Of a stretch of DNA of 64,000 nt, positions 10,213-21,220 are shown in pieces; the first letter of the stretch is position 1, and each line of letters opens with the position of its first letter. Where the stretch lies: positions 1,367 through 65,366 of the IMG/VR virus record IMGVR_UViG_3300021256_000012. The stretch is one strand, 5' to 3'. The DNA is from a virus (taxonomy: Duplodnaviria > Caudoviricetes). Made by a program: the position numbers and the translations under genes. The notes beneath the pieces are model-generated. The model searched no databases, was not told the DNA's origin, and saw nothing but the letters and a program-made list of their open reading frames with translations.

Positions 10213-11088
10213 ATGGCAGTATGTGTTGCAGCGGCAGATCAAGGTCTATATCAGGCAGTTCAACAGTCAGGTAAAACTGTTGCTGATTCCGTTACAAAGT
10301 TTAATGACGCTAATACAGGTCAGATGAAAGAATTAAATAGTCATGCTGATACTGTAGCACAGCGTATGTGCGCATGGGCTGCACCTGAGTACGGTGGCAC
10401 AGGTGAAGGCTGGGACAGAAAGGCTATGCTTGCAGCACAGGTAGCTATTTATGCTTCCATTATTGCGTTGAATACTTATGTGCAAAATCAGAATTATAAA
10501 ATTGCAAAGGCTTATTCAAATTTAGCACAAGATAGATGGACACGTTTCCGTGATGCTTATGCAGCCTTAGAAAAGAAAATGCTGGCTGAAACCAGCAACA
10601 CACCTGAACCTGTTGTACCTTATGACGACGCTAAGACACGTGCTATCAATGCAAGTTCATTTGCTTTTGGTTCAGCTAAATCAACACTTGCAGATTATGC
10701 GAAGAAATATGCATTGTGTATAGACGACACTTTAGATTTCGCAAGATCACATGCTTTAATGCGTGATGATAATATCAATTTCAATTACAGAGACGCAGAA
10801 AACTTTACAGAATATAAGTCTGATAAACGTTGGAACCGTAGGTCTGATATACTTAATCTTGGTCGTAGTAATTTGCCTACTGCTTATTCTTATGCGCAGC
10901 ATGCAAGTCGTGCTTTTGGTGATTTAGCGGGCGCTATAGCAGGTGTAGGAAATGGTATATCAGGTTTATTAGGTTACATGTTCAACCGTAATGAAACAAT
11001 ATATCCAGCTCAGTTCTCACAGGCTTCTATCTATGGTAATGGAGCTATATTTGCCGGTGCTGGTGGAAGTACGACTGTAGGTTTCTAG
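10213..11088 (+). CDS. internal virion (ejection) protein
   Basis: Helical, Gly/Ala-rich hydrophobic C-terminal segment. Confidence 0.55.
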   Translation: MAVCVAAADQGLYQAVQQSGKTVADSVTKFNDANTGQMKELNSHADTVAQRMCAWAAPEYGGTGEGWDRKAMLAAQVAIYASIIALNTYVQNQNYKIAKAYSNLAQDRWTRFRDAYAALEKKMLAETSNTPEPVVPYDDAKTRAINASSFAFGSAKSTLADYAKKYALCIDDTLDFARSHALMRDDNINFNYRDAENFTEYKSDKRWNRRSDILNLGRSNLPTAYSYAQHASRAFGDLAGAIAGVGNGISGLLGYMFNRNETIYPAQFSQASIYGNGAIFAGAGGSTTVGF

Positions 11089-11097
11089 GAGGGAATT

Positions 11098-11592
11098 ATG
11101 CCTATATTTGTTCCTGATTTATTTAGTGGTTATCTGCAGGGTAGACGTGCTGCTATTCAGGATAACTGGAATGATCTTACAAATTATAATAAAACCTTAG
11201 GCGGGCAATTACAGAATGCTATGTCTATGGAAACTTTCGATGACGCAGCACGAATTGCTCATAATCGTGCAGCTCTCTCCGATATGGGTAGAGTTCAGGG
11301 AGCCCTAGATACGCAGTTAGGATTACAGACCTATGCGCTCGGTCAGCAGGCTAATCTTCCACAGATGGAAATAGATGCACGTATAGCGCAGTTACAGCAA
11401 ATGATATTGAATTTACAGCAGTTGAAAGAACAGCAGCAAGTTACACAGAATACACCATTAGCACAGAATGTGGGTACTCAGACTCCTAAGTCAACGACTA
11501 ATCCAACTTCTACAAGTGCGACTACTGCATTAGAAACTACAGGTGTAGCAGCTAGTCCTAATGACCCATTAGGTACACGTACTACTAAATAA
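11098..11592 (+). CDS. internal virion protein
   Basis: SD GGAGGG; Q-rich coiled coil. Confidence 0.55.
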   Translation: MPIFVPDLFSGYLQGRRAAIQDNWNDLTNYNKTLGGQLQNAMSMETFDDAARIAHNRAALSDMGRVQGALDTQLGLQTYALGQQANLPQMEIDARIAQLQQMILNLQQLKEQQQVTQNTPLAQNVGTQTPKSTTNPTSTSATTALETTGVAASPNDPLGTRTTK

Positions 11593-12944
11593 TGGAGCAA
11601 ATCATGGCAAGCTTTGATAAGAAATTCTCTGATTTAGTTGACGAGGTCTACAATACCCCACAGGGTAAAGCCTATCTACGTATGATTAAAGCTGCCGAAG
11701 GGGGAGAGTATAATATTACCTTTGGTAATCACACTATTTCTGATTTTTCAAAGCACCCTAATATCCGTGTAAAATTTGACGACCGTGCAGGCGGTGGTGT
11801 GTCAACCGCGGCTGGAGCATACCAGATTACTAATCCGACCTGGAATAGTATGGCTCCACGTATTGCTGCTAATGATTTTGGAAATCGAAATCAAGACCGT
11901 GTAGCTTTAGCACTTGCATTAGAAAAACCAGGTATGCGTGACGCTATCATGCGTGGCGACATAGACGCTATGGTTAAGGGTTCTAATAGTATTTACACGT
12001 CTCTTGCTGGGTCTAAAGAAGGCGGTAGACGTCATGCTTTACGTCCTATGGAGTTTCTAACAGCTGCTTATAATGGAACTCTAGGGCAGTACAAAGGTCC
12101 TGCATGGACAGGTCAAGCCAATGCTAATGCTACACGTAATGCAACTACAGGGAATACGACTGTAGATTTTTTAAGTCCTGCAATACAGAACCTTATGGGT
12201 GGTAGTGGCAATACTTTCCTTGAATCGACTTTAAATGATATTCAGAATAAAGGATATGCAGATCCAGGGCGTGTCCCATTCAATGTATATTCCGGGACAC
12301 ACTCAGTATTTAATGCCAACCCTGATTTAACAGACGAAGCTAATGTTCAATCACTTGTAAATAAGTTATTCAATACCGATCCTAATAGACAGTATGGATT
12401 ATCATTTGTCGCCGGTAGTTTACGTCCAACTGTTTCAGTAACAAATGGCGACGGTAACATGGTAGATATGATTGAACTCGCTAATGGTAACTATATCAAT
12501 GCTGCTACAGGTGAACGTATGAATGCTGACGGTACTGTATATGAAGGTACACCTGTAGAATATCTAACACCTGATTATGAGGCACCTCAGAATAGTCCTG
12601 AAGCTATGCGTGCATTACGTGAAGGTAATATTCGACAGGCAGCACCTATAGCCGATATGGAAAATGAACAGGCTATTGTTCCAGTTCAGTCCGTGGCAGA
12701 ACCAGGTAACGCTATTACAGGTGAGTTCAATTATCAAGGACCGTTACCAACAGCAGCAGAAACTGCATTACCAACGAGTAATACCCCTCTTACGACCAAT
12801 GTTGGTAGTGCAGCTTCTCCTACTGCTTATGTTGATCCTAATATGCAGGTAGTGAATGCTCTTGGAGGCGACGCTGTTACCCGTACATTAAATGCGTCCC
12901 GCCCTGTAAGTGAGAATATTAAAGAGCTATTACGATTAGCATAA
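11592..12944 (+). CDS. virion-associated lysozyme (lambda R-like lytic transglycosylase domain)
   Basis: IKAAEG...STAAGAYQI..TW...QDRVAL motifs. Confidence 0.8.
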   Translation: MEQIMASFDKKFSDLVDEVYNTPQGKAYLRMIKAAEGGEYNITFGNHTISDFSKHPNIRVKFDDRAGGGVSTAAGAYQITNPTWNSMAPRIAANDFGNRNQDRVALALALEKPGMRDAIMRGDIDAMVKGSNSIYTSLAGSKEGGRRHALRPMEFLTAAYNGTLGQYKGPAWTGQANANATRNATTGNTTVDFLSPAIQNLMGGSGNTFLESTLNDIQNKGYADPGRVPFNVYSGTHSVFNANPDLTDEANVQSLVNKLFNTDPNRQYGLSFVAGSLRPTVSVTNGDGNMVDMIELANGNYINAATGERMNADGTVYEGTPVEYLTPDYEAPQNSPEAMRALREGNIRQAAPIADMENEQAIVPVQSVAEPGNAITGEFNYQGPLPTAAETALPTSNTPLTTNVGSAASPTAYVDPNMQVVNALGGDAVTRTLNASRPVSENIKELLRLA

Positions 12945-13021
12945 TGCGACAGATGTTTTATCACCGAAGACTAGCCTATCATATAATAGAGATATGACCA
13001 TACAGCGAGGGGATAAGTCTT

Positions 13022-16000
13022 ATGCCAAATAGTACAATGTTAGATCCATGGGGTATTGCAAAAGGTACTGATAATTATAAATCATCCGTCAATACCGTAA
13101 ATAAAGCCTATGGACTTGATAATTTAGACCGTAATTTAGGTAGGTTATCTACAGGTCTCAGTAAAACCGAGCAGGCTAAATTACAGGCACAGAGCATAGA
13201 AGACGCAGGTATTAAGGCTGCCAACGAAGCTGTTTCTCTGTTTCAGAACAATGCTGAATATAAGAATGCGTCTGTTCAGAAACGTGGAGAAATGATCAAT
13301 GATTATATAAAAAACAAATTACCTACCTTTATGCAGGGTCAAGCTGCATATCAGACTAATCCTAATCTTGCTGCGTCTGTAAGTAATGCTGTCAATACTG
13401 CATTAACTAAAATGCATAGTGATGATTTGCGTAAAATCAATGACGAGAGCTTCTGGTCTTTCCTATCAAATGTATGGGACTCCGGTATGGAGCAACAGAA
13501 TCTGCGTAGTACATTGAATGCTGCAGCTACAGAAGATACTCTCAAATATCAGGAAGCAGAATTACAGAACCAGGCTGAACTGATTAAGCAGGATTATGAA
13601 GCTCAGCTCGCTGAATTAAAAGCTAATGCACAGGCTGTAGCAGAAGATCCCGTTCTATCAGAAAACTATAGACAGCAGGCTGAGAAATTACAGAATAAAT
13701 ATCAGCAGTCACTTGCTTCTATTAGGTCTGCAAGAAAGAATAATGAGAATAATGCCAAGCTTGTTCAGAAAGAACAGGCTAAGGCTATTCTTGACGCTTA
13801 TGAGAAATATCAGACAGGTGAGACAGACCGCCTAGAGAATGACCCTTTATATCGTGAAACTCTATTACGACAGGGTGAGTTGTCAGAGGAGGCTAAAGCT
13901 CGCGACGAAGCTATATGGTTAGGCTTACGTAATAATGATTATAAGACTGCTACTATTGCTAAGTTTCTAGTAGAGAATATGCCTGACCTTCTAGGTACAG
14001 CTGCGGTTGCTGTAGCTACAGCTCCAGGTGGTACACCTGCACAGTCTACTGCTATTGCTGCCTATAATCTAGCTACAGTATTCGGACAGGTAGGACAGCA
14101 GGTTCTTGGCGATATTATGGAAGCCGACCTCGCAACCTTGGAAAAGTCTGATGATTACAGAGCAATCCGTGACGATCTGTTAAAGCAGGGTAGCGATGCA
14201 CAGGAAGCTGACAGCATGGCTCGTATTCAGTTAGCTGTTAAGGCTTTGCAGGATCAGAATGGGCTTAAGTATGCTCCAGCTGTACTTACAGGTTTATTAG
14301 GTCCAGTCGCTTCTGTATTGAAGAATGGCTTACCTGCAAGATTATTAAGTCAAGGTATTCTAAAACGTAATGTATTCACTCGTGCCGCAACCGGCGCAGC
14401 ATTTGAAGCCGGTGTCGAGGGTGGCGAGGAAGTCTATGAGAACGCCTTAGCTATTGACCTTGCTAATAAAACTTTAAATACAGATAGAAGTCTGTTCGAG
14501 GATTGGCAGCAGAACTTCGGTATGGGTGCATTATTAGGTGGCGTAATTGGTGCGCCTGGTCTTGTATTTTCCACAGCGGGCAGAGCTGCACAAGCCAAAG
14601 CCGCAGAACAGGCACAAACAGATGCTGAAGGTACTGCTGGTTCTACGACACGCTCTACATTGTCAGGTGAGACCGCACCTACTCCTGATGAAAATATTTC
14701 TGTAGAAGCTACCGCTACTACACATGCCTATAGTCCTGAGCGTGAGACTACACGTCAGCAGGAAATAGCAAATGCCCAACAGACTCTTGGTTCAATTGCT
14801 AACAGCTGGGTAGGTCAGAACATATCCTATGAAACTGTGAATGATATACCTGTTAACGAACTTCAGCAGGTTGCGTCTGCACTTCAGACTGTAGCAAATT
14901 CAGGTAAGCGTGGTGACAAGCTTGTTGATACATGGATTAGGTCTGTCAATACTGCTACAGGAATGGACTTAACCTATAACGCAATTCAAACACGTAATGC
15001 AGAACTACTTGCTCAGCAGGAACAGCAGGCTACTCAGCCTTCCTCAGTTCAAACTCCTACTACAGAGGGTGTAACCAATGGCACTATCAACGGAAGAAAT
15101 CAAGGAACTACTGCTACAGATAGCCAAACAGCAGATACCCAACAGACAGAAACTCCAACAGCTCAGTCCACAGACACTGAGGTCGTTAATGGAGATAGTT
15201 CAGCAGCTCAGAGCACAGGGACTAGCGGGACCACACGTCAGGACGCCAGAACGTCTGCTCAGGCTGTACAGCCTAATCAATCAGAGAATGGGCAAACAGG
15301 ACAAGGAACCTACAGCGGACGAGATAATACAGGCAATGACACCACAGGCTCGCAATCAGATCTTGGGACAGGAAGCACTGTTGGCACGACAGAGCAACGC
15401 ACAGTCGATGGTGGACGCTCAGAGACAGATGGCTCAGCTGAACAGACCAGGACTGATGTAGATCCTGCTGAAGGTGTTGATACTACTGTTGTTGATAGTA
15501 GTATAGAGACTATTGCAAATAGAGATTTCCGAGCTTTACGTGGATTATTAAATCGTGGGGAGTCTCATTACGCAAAATTATATAATCACACACGTGCTCA
15601 GATTTATAAGGTTTTAAAATTAGATCCTCAAATACCTTCTACAGTAGCTGATTACTACACTGTGATTTATATGCGTATGGCGTCTACCATATCTCAGCTT
15701 GTACACATGTCTGTAGATACAGCTCTCCCAATAGAACGTATCCGTTTTGATCCTACTTTAGAATCGTCTGGAAAAACATATTATGAGGAAAATGCCGACG
15801 CTCCTACTGTACTGATCGGTCCTTCAGGATTGGATAATCCAACTTTACCACATGAGTTCATACATGTGTTCATAGGAAGAGTTTGTGAGCTGGGTCAGTT
15901 TATAAAGAATGGTGCAGCTAATGGTGACGCTAGTTGTGCAGAATTTGTAGACCAATTTACAACTTTTGCTCATGTACTCGGTATGGACGAAAATCTTGAC

Positions 16001-19000
16001 CCATTCAATATAGAAAGTTGGGGTCGAGACCCACAGAACCCTGCTACAGGTAGTAGAGAGGAAGCCGCGGCCATAGCATTTGAAATCTATTTTTCTAAAG
16101 GTCAATTTCCTGAAAAGTTCCAAAGAAATATTGAAGGCTTAGACACTGAATCTCAAGGTAGTCTAAATAGATTTCTACGGTCAATGGCAGAAACTTACCG
16201 TAAAACAATCGACTCTATAGTACAAACTTTACAATCATTCAAATACTTTTGGAATAGACTGACTAATGGTTCAACTGTTTTCCCTGACGCCTCCAACGTA
16301 ACTATGGAGAATGTTACCTCTATTGCTGAGCAGTCCGAGTATGTTGCTGAAGCTAAAAATCAGAAAGACAGAGAAAAAAGAATATCTGAGTTTGTAACTT
16401 TAACTGTTGACTATAGTATTCCAAGAATGCGACTTGGATATAATATGGTTGGTTTAGATAACAGTATTGACGTATCTAAGATTACAGTTTTATTTGACAA
16501 TATGTTGGCTGGATATAAATCTATTGATTTCGATAGAGAAATAATACAGACAGCAGACGATTTTGCATATATAGATACAGCCGCTAATGAGATTACGATT
16601 GACCGTATACGTGACGGAATGGCACCTGATAGGGCTTATTCAGAAGCTAATGACATAATTAAGCGTGCTATGGATCTGGCAAAAGGTTCTCCTGATATTG
16701 CTACTGGTCTTCGTACTGCGGCTGAACATGCAACTGTAGATAATGCAGTAGATAATGACGCTGATTTGGAAGTTCTTTCCACAGCAGAAGACGCTAATAA
16801 TCCCGTGGTTACAGACGCTTTAACTTCTGACCAGGACCTTATTGATATTTCCACAGGGTTGAATAATCCTGATGTAAATTCCGGTGAAGACGTAACTAAT
16901 CCAATGTCAGGTCTTGGTGATATGGTTGGGCACAATGATCCACAGGTTGACGGTATTGTGTCCCCTACCAATGACGCTATAAATGTCGTAGAGTCCATAA
17001 ACGGTATAGCTTCCGCTATTGAAGACGGTCTTTCAGATTCCTATGTTGACCCTACAACACAAGATTGGTTTGCTGATTTCAATGATGGCACCATGTTCAA
17101 TAATGAGGATGGAACTCCTAAACTGTTCTATCACGTAGGTCACGTACTAACTACGGAACCTACCGGTGCTGACATGGAAACACAGACCTATGCACGTTCG
17201 GTAAATACCGTAAGCTCGATAAAAGATATTATGAAATTAGAGCTTGACGCCGATACACGTAAGTCGGTAATAGCTGCATATAATGAGTTCAGTAAGAGCG
17301 TCAAAGCTGGTAAGCCTATAGAGCTAAATATCAATATCATGGAAGATATGATTGACGCAGGTATCTATGCATTTGACGTTGACGGCACTCTGTATATTAT
17401 GGACAGTTATGACATATCAGATATGTATCAGGCTCAGCAGATTGGTGTCCGTGGTTTATATAATATGAATATTCCGCTCACCGAGAATGAGGCACTTACT
17501 TCAGCTGCCGACGTAGTGCGTCAGAACAGTGAACGTTTCAGTAGAGCTGCACAGCGTGCTACACAAAATGAGACCTTAACCGAGTCACCTATGCAGACTG
17601 CTGCAATGTCTGCTCCACAGAAAGCGGGACGCTGGCAGAAGTGGTGTACCACAGCTCGTGAGTTTATCAATTCAGACGCAGCATTCCATACATGGGACGC
17701 ACTGAACTTTGCGCAGCTCGTGGGTGAGGTAAGTTCTTCCTTATTCAGATCATGGACAATGACTAAGCCTAAAATTCAGGGTGCGGACATTGAACTGTCT
17801 GAAAAGATTATGAACCCTATCGACGCATGGATTAAGACTGTAGCCAAACAGCGTGGTGAAGACTTCGACATTGTTAAGCAGGAACTTGGAAGAATAAGAA
17901 CAGACTTCCATATATTAGAAGCTGCACGCAAAGAAGAAGAAGACCTACGTTTCGAGGTTACACGTGCTTCAATGATTGTAGACGGTGAAGTCAATCCTGA
18001 GACTGGTGCTTATGAAACTGCGGAACAGATACAGACACGTGCACAGGAAGAACTTGATAACTATTTAGCTTTCCAACGTGGAGATATTGACCCAAGAACT
18101 AATGAACCTATTAGACGTCGTGTCTATGGTGGTCGTCGTGTCAAGGATATTACTGCTGAATTGTTTGACGTTAATAACGGTCTTGTTACCAAATATGGTG
18201 AGAACCTGGTTCAGCAGGCATTAGGTCGTTTCGGTAAGGCTTTCGCTGACGCTACTCAGTTCGCTATTGAACGTGGTGCTATCTCGCAGGAGGACGTAGC
18301 TTCCTTCGGTGAGTGGGCTTACTATACACCATTGACTACCAAGCCTGAGTATGAGAATGGTGACAGCAGTGATGTTGTTTCCATGTACCCAAAGCGAATT
18401 ATCAGACACCGTGGCGGTTCCTTTGAACCAGCAGTAGACGGTTACACAGCATTGCAGATGTTACTGAAACGTACTGCCAACGCTGTAGGTTCAGTAGAGC
18501 TAAGCCGTGACACCATGGGTGCATATCAGAGACTGCGTACTTTAGCACAGAGCAAAGATCCTAATGTTGACGCACATACAGTAAATCTCATGCCTGAGAC
18601 TGAAGGACCTAATAGCCCAGCTCCATTGAAAATTACCTATTACAATGGCATGGCTGTTACTCCATACAGTTCACTCATGGCACATGTAGAACAGAACAAT
18701 GAGTTTGCCCGTGAGCTCGATAGGAACAAGAGTCTTATTATCCGTGTGCTTGAACCTGTTTACGACGCAGAAGGTAATCGTGTTTCTACACAGAATAGAG
18801 CTTATGCTGTACTGTTTGATAACGACCATGCAGATGTAGGCAAAGCATTCGGTGCTCCATTTAAATATGACAAGGAAGCAGCAGACCGTTATAAGACCAT
18901 GCGTAAGATTACTTCAGGCTTTGCGTCTCTGTTCACAACCTATAAGCCATTCTTCCCACCTATCAATGCAATCCGTGATTTCATTGAGCGTACGTACTTC

Positions 19001-20782
19001 TCTGCACGTAAGGTATTCAGAGACGTAAATGGGGAAGCTGTATATGGTGAAGAAGTCGCACTACGTATGCAGGCTAATATGACTTACGCACCTGAGGTTA
19101 TGAAAGCTGTGTTCACAGGTAAGCCTGAACAGATCGGTGGCAAAATCGGAGATTACCTTTCAGAGTTCAAACGTCAGGGTATTATGACTTCAGCTTCCAT
19201 ACGTGCAATGCTTCAGGATATGGGTAATACCAACTATGCCTATATTGAGAAAGCTATTGAAGACGTGGAAAAGGGTGGCTCAGTAACAGAAGCTTTAGAT
19301 AAATTACGTAGAGCAGGACGTGGTACATTCCGTCTATGGGCTGAAATGTATTATGCAATTCCAACCTTTGCTATGTACAAGTCTCTACGTGACAGCGGTG
19401 TATCTGAAGCCGACGCTGCATTCCATGTAACGGAAATGATGAACCTATCTGCACGTGGTAAGTTCCATAATGGAAATGGTGTAACAGGATTAGTTGGTGC
19501 GCTGTTCCCATTCGTAACTTCAATCGGTCAGACTGCTACTCAGCTTGCCAATTACTTTGGTTTGAATGTGACAACCTTCGGACACAGCAAATCAAAAGAG
19601 AATGCAGCACTTGCTGCTAAGAGCTGGGGTTATTTTGCAGGTTCAGTTGCCATGTCTTCTGCTGCGATTGCAGCCGTAGCTACTATGCTTGGAGATGGTG
19701 ATGACGAAGAAGGTTATCGTATACTTGACGACATGAGCCTTGGTTCATTCACATTCTTACCTGTGCCTGTGGGAGACGGACAGTATTTCAAATTCCCATT
19801 GGGCTTTGGTCCTTTAGTATTTGCATTCCAGACTGCTATGGGTATCAGCCGTGTTGAGCGTGGCGTAGATACAGGTGCTCATGTAGCCATGAACCTGGCT
19901 GACTCTTTCTATAGAAACATCAGCCCATTAGGAGGTCCTGATTTCGAGGTTAAATCGGCTGAAGACATGGGAAAGAAAATGCTTATGACCTGTACACCAC
20001 TGCTTGCGCAGCCTTTGGTTCAGTTAGCCGTAGACAGAAATTACTTCGGTGCAACAATTCAGCGTGACCGCTATCTGAAAGAAAATCAGAGACGTGCTGA
20101 TATTGACAGCCGTCGTACACCTGAGATATGGAAGACTCTTGCTAAAGGAATGGCAGACTCCGTAGGTTTGGATATGTCTCCTGAGTCAGTACGTCACCTT
20201 GTAACAGGTTATATGGCTGGTCCGTTGACCGGTATTGTGGCAGCCATGGAAAATGACGCTTTAACTAAAGATCCAATGTATGCAAGCACACGTGATATTC
20301 TAGGTCCTATCTATACAGCCATAGGCGCTGGTTCTATGTTCAGTACCGTAGGTAATAGAAGTACCAGCCGTTACTGGAATGAGCTGAACTTCTACAACAA
20401 TCTGATTAAAGACGCGGGCGTAGCTGATCTCATAACTGTGAAGAAAGGCGAAAAGGTTAGTGCTTATGATAAGCAGTACAATACATTGCTTGCCTTAGGT
20501 TTCGGTGAAGACGTAGCACGTGACTATGCTGATATACATCAGATGGAAAAAGATTTAGCTAAAATCGACAAAGAGTTTAAATCTCAACTAGACTTAGCAT
20601 ATAAGGCTAATAAGTCTCAGGATGTTATTGAAGAAATGTATCGTGGTTATGCGGTACGTCGTAATAATTTCATAACATCTAAATTGTCACAAACTAACTA
20701 TTATCAGGGTTTGGTAAGACGTGGCACAGTGCAGATACCTCCACGTGAATTGATTAACGCTTATAGAGAGAGGAACCAATAA
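13022..20782 (+). CDS. giant internal virion / DNA-ejection polyvalent protein (HExxH motif, LPD38-like C-terminus)
   Basis: 2586 aa; LPHEFIHVF; C-terminal QPLVQLAVDRNYFG...SPESVRHLVTGY pattern. Confidence 0.7.
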   Translation: MPNSTMLDPWGIAKGTDNYKSSVNTVNKAYGLDNLDRNLGRLSTGLSKTEQAKLQAQSIEDAGIKAANEAVSLFQNNAEYKNASVQKRGEMINDYIKNKLPTFMQGQAAYQTNPNLAASVSNAVNTALTKMHSDDLRKINDESFWSFLSNVWDSGMEQQNLRSTLNAAATEDTLKYQEAELQNQAELIKQDYEAQLAELKANAQAVAEDPVLSENYRQQAEKLQNKYQQSLASIRSARKNNENNAKLVQKEQAKAILDAYEKYQTGETDRLENDPLYRETLLRQGELSEEAKARDEAIWLGLRNNDYKTATIAKFLVENMPDLLGTAAVAVATAPGGTPAQSTAIAAYNLATVFGQVGQQVLGDIMEADLATLEKSDDYRAIRDDLLKQGSDAQEADSMARIQLAVKALQDQNGLKYAPAVLTGLLGPVASVLKNGLPARLLSQGILKRNVFTRAATGAAFEAGVEGGEEVYENALAIDLANKTLNTDRSLFEDWQQNFGMGALLGGVIGAPGLVFSTAGRAAQAKAAEQAQTDAEGTAGSTTRSTLSGETAPTPDENISVEATATTHAYSPERETTRQQEIANAQQTLGSIANSWVGQNISYETVNDIPVNELQQVASALQTVANSGKRGDKLVDTWIRSVNTATGMDLTYNAIQTRNAELLAQQEQQATQPSSVQTPTTEGVTNGTINGRNQGTTATDSQTADTQQTETPTAQSTDTEVVNGDSSAAQSTGTSGTTRQDARTSAQAVQPNQSENGQTGQGTYSGRDNTGNDTTGSQSDLGTGSTVGTTEQRTVDGGRSETDGSAEQTRTDVDPAEGVDTTVVDSSIETIANRDFRALRGLLNRGESHYAKLYNHTRAQIYKVLKLDPQIPSTVADYYTVIYMRMASTISQLVHMSVDTALPIERIRFDPTLESSGKTYYEENADAPTVLIGPSGLDNPTLPHEFIHVFIGRVCELGQFIKNGAANGDASCAEFVDQFTTFAHVLGMDENLDPFNIESWGRDPQNPATGSREEAAAIAFEIYFSKGQFPEKFQRNIEGLDTESQGSLNRFLRSMAETYRKTIDSIVQTLQSFKYFWNRLTNGSTVFPDASNVTMENVTSIAEQSEYVAEAKNQKDREKRISEFVTLTVDYSIPRMRLGYNMVGLDNSIDVSKITVLFDNMLAGYKSIDFDREIIQTADDFAYIDTAANEITIDRIRDGMAPDRAYSEANDIIKRAMDLAKGSPDIATGLRTAAEHATVDNAVDNDADLEVLSTAEDANNPVVTDALTSDQDLIDISTGLNNPDVNSGEDVTNPMSGLGDMVGHNDPQVDGIVSPTNDAINVVESINGIASAIEDGLSDSYVDPTTQDWFADFNDGTMFNNEDGTPKLFYHVGHVLTTEPTGADMETQTYARSVNTVSSIKDIMKLELDADTRKSVIAAYNEFSKSVKAGKPIELNINIMEDMIDAGIYAFDVDGTLYIMDSYDISDMYQAQQIGVRGLYNMNIPLTENEALTSAADVVRQNSERFSRAAQRATQNETLTESPMQTAAMSAPQKAGRWQKWCTTAREFINSDAAFHTWDALNFAQLVGEVSSSLFRSWTMTKPKIQGADIELSEKIMNPIDAWIKTVAKQRGEDFDIVKQELGRIRTDFHILEAARKEEEDLRFEVTRASMIVDGEVNPETGAYETAEQIQTRAQEELDNYLAFQRGDIDPRTNEPIRRRVYGGRRVKDITAELFDVNNGLVTKYGENLVQQALGRFGKAFADATQFAIERGAISQEDVASFGEWAYYTPLTTKPEYENGDSSDVVSMYPKRIIRHRGGSFEPAVDGYTALQMLLKRTANAVGSVELSRDTMGAYQRLRTLAQSKDPNVDAHTVNLMPETEGPNSPAPLKITYYNGMAVTPYSSLMAHVEQNNEFARELDRNKSLIIRVLEPVYDAEGNRVSTQNRAYAVLFDNDHADVGKAFGAPFKYDKEAADRYKTMRKITSGFASLFTTYKPFFPPINAIRDFIERTYFSARKVFRDVNGEAVYGEEVALRMQANMTYAPEVMKAVFTGKPEQIGGKIGDYLSEFKRQGIMTSASIRAMLQDMGNTNYAYIEKAIEDVEKGGSVTEALDKLRRAGRGTFRLWAEMYYAIPTFAMYKSLRDSGVSEADAAFHVTEMMNLSARGKFHNGNGVTGLVGALFPFVTSIGQTATQLANYFGLNVTTFGHSKSKENAALAAKSWGYFAGSVAMSSAAIAAVATMLGDGDDEEGYRILDDMSLGSFTFLPVPVGDGQYFKFPLGFGPLVFAFQTAMGISRVERGVDTGAHVAMNLADSFYRNISPLGGPDFEVKSAEDMGKKMLMTCTPLLAQPLVQLAVDRNYFGATIQRDRYLKENQRRADIDSRRTPEIWKTLAKGMADSVGLDMSPESVRHLVTGYMAGPLTGIVAAMENDALTKDPMYASTRDILGPIYTAIGAGSMFSTVGNRSTSRYWNELNFYNNLIKDAGVADLITVKKGEKVSAYDKQYNTLLALGFGEDVARDYADIHQMEKDLAKIDKEFKSQLDLAYKANKSQDVIEEMYRGYAVRRNNFITSKLSQTNYYQGLVRRGTVQIPPRELINAYRERNQ
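15078..15461 (+). CDS. nested overprinted 127-aa helical protein
   Basis: Own SD GAGGGT 7 nt before ATG; amphipathic sequence while host frame is low-complexity. Confidence 0.5.
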   Translation: MALSTEEIKELLLQIAKQQIPNRQKLQQLSPQTLRSLMEIVQQLRAQGLAGPHVRTPERLLRLYSLINQRMGKQDKEPTADEIIQAMTPQARNQILGQEALLARQSNAQSMVDAQRQMAQLNRPGLM

Positions 20783-21219
20783 TGCCGATCGTAAAAATAT
20801 GTCAGAACCAGCCTACGCTTGCGGTGCGTATCACGACACCGGGGTGTAACGGCGGGCAGCTTGTAGACTGGAAGCAGGTGCGCATGGTGATTGTTCCACC
20901 TCCACGTCAGACCTGTGAGCTTCCATTATCACCACAGTGTTTTAAGGGGTGCTGGCCTACACATGATATTGAGAAGTGGAACGACAGTTTCATTCTGCCT
21001 GAGACACAGCCACTGTTAATCTATCCTGCCTTTGGAACCAACGAGGACGGAGACATTGTGTTCGTGCTCGACAGTCAGCTGTGGAAAAGAGTAGGTCGTT
21101 ACATAGGCTCGATAGAGTTTAACAGCGGAGAGAAGATTTTAGAATTAGATTTGGATATATGTACGACTCAGTTCATAGCTGATCGTGTAAGCACAGAGTC
21201 CGTACCATGTGGAGGCTAA
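20782..21219 (+). CDS. hypothetical virion protein
   Basis: Coupled start/stop with giant gene. Confidence 0.65.
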   Translation: MPIVKICQNQPTLAVRITTPGCNGGQLVDWKQVRMVIVPPPRQTCELPLSPQCFKGCWPTHDIEKWNDSFILPETQPLLIYPAFGTNEDGDIVFVLDSQLWKRVGRYIGSIEFNSGEKILELDLDICTTQFIADRVSTESVPCGG

Positions 21220-21220
21220 T

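Noticed and set aside
12664-12852. Second overprinted ORF in the lysozyme gene
   Set aside because: No SD; L/Q-rich sequence is the expected frameshift shadow of Ala/Thr codons.
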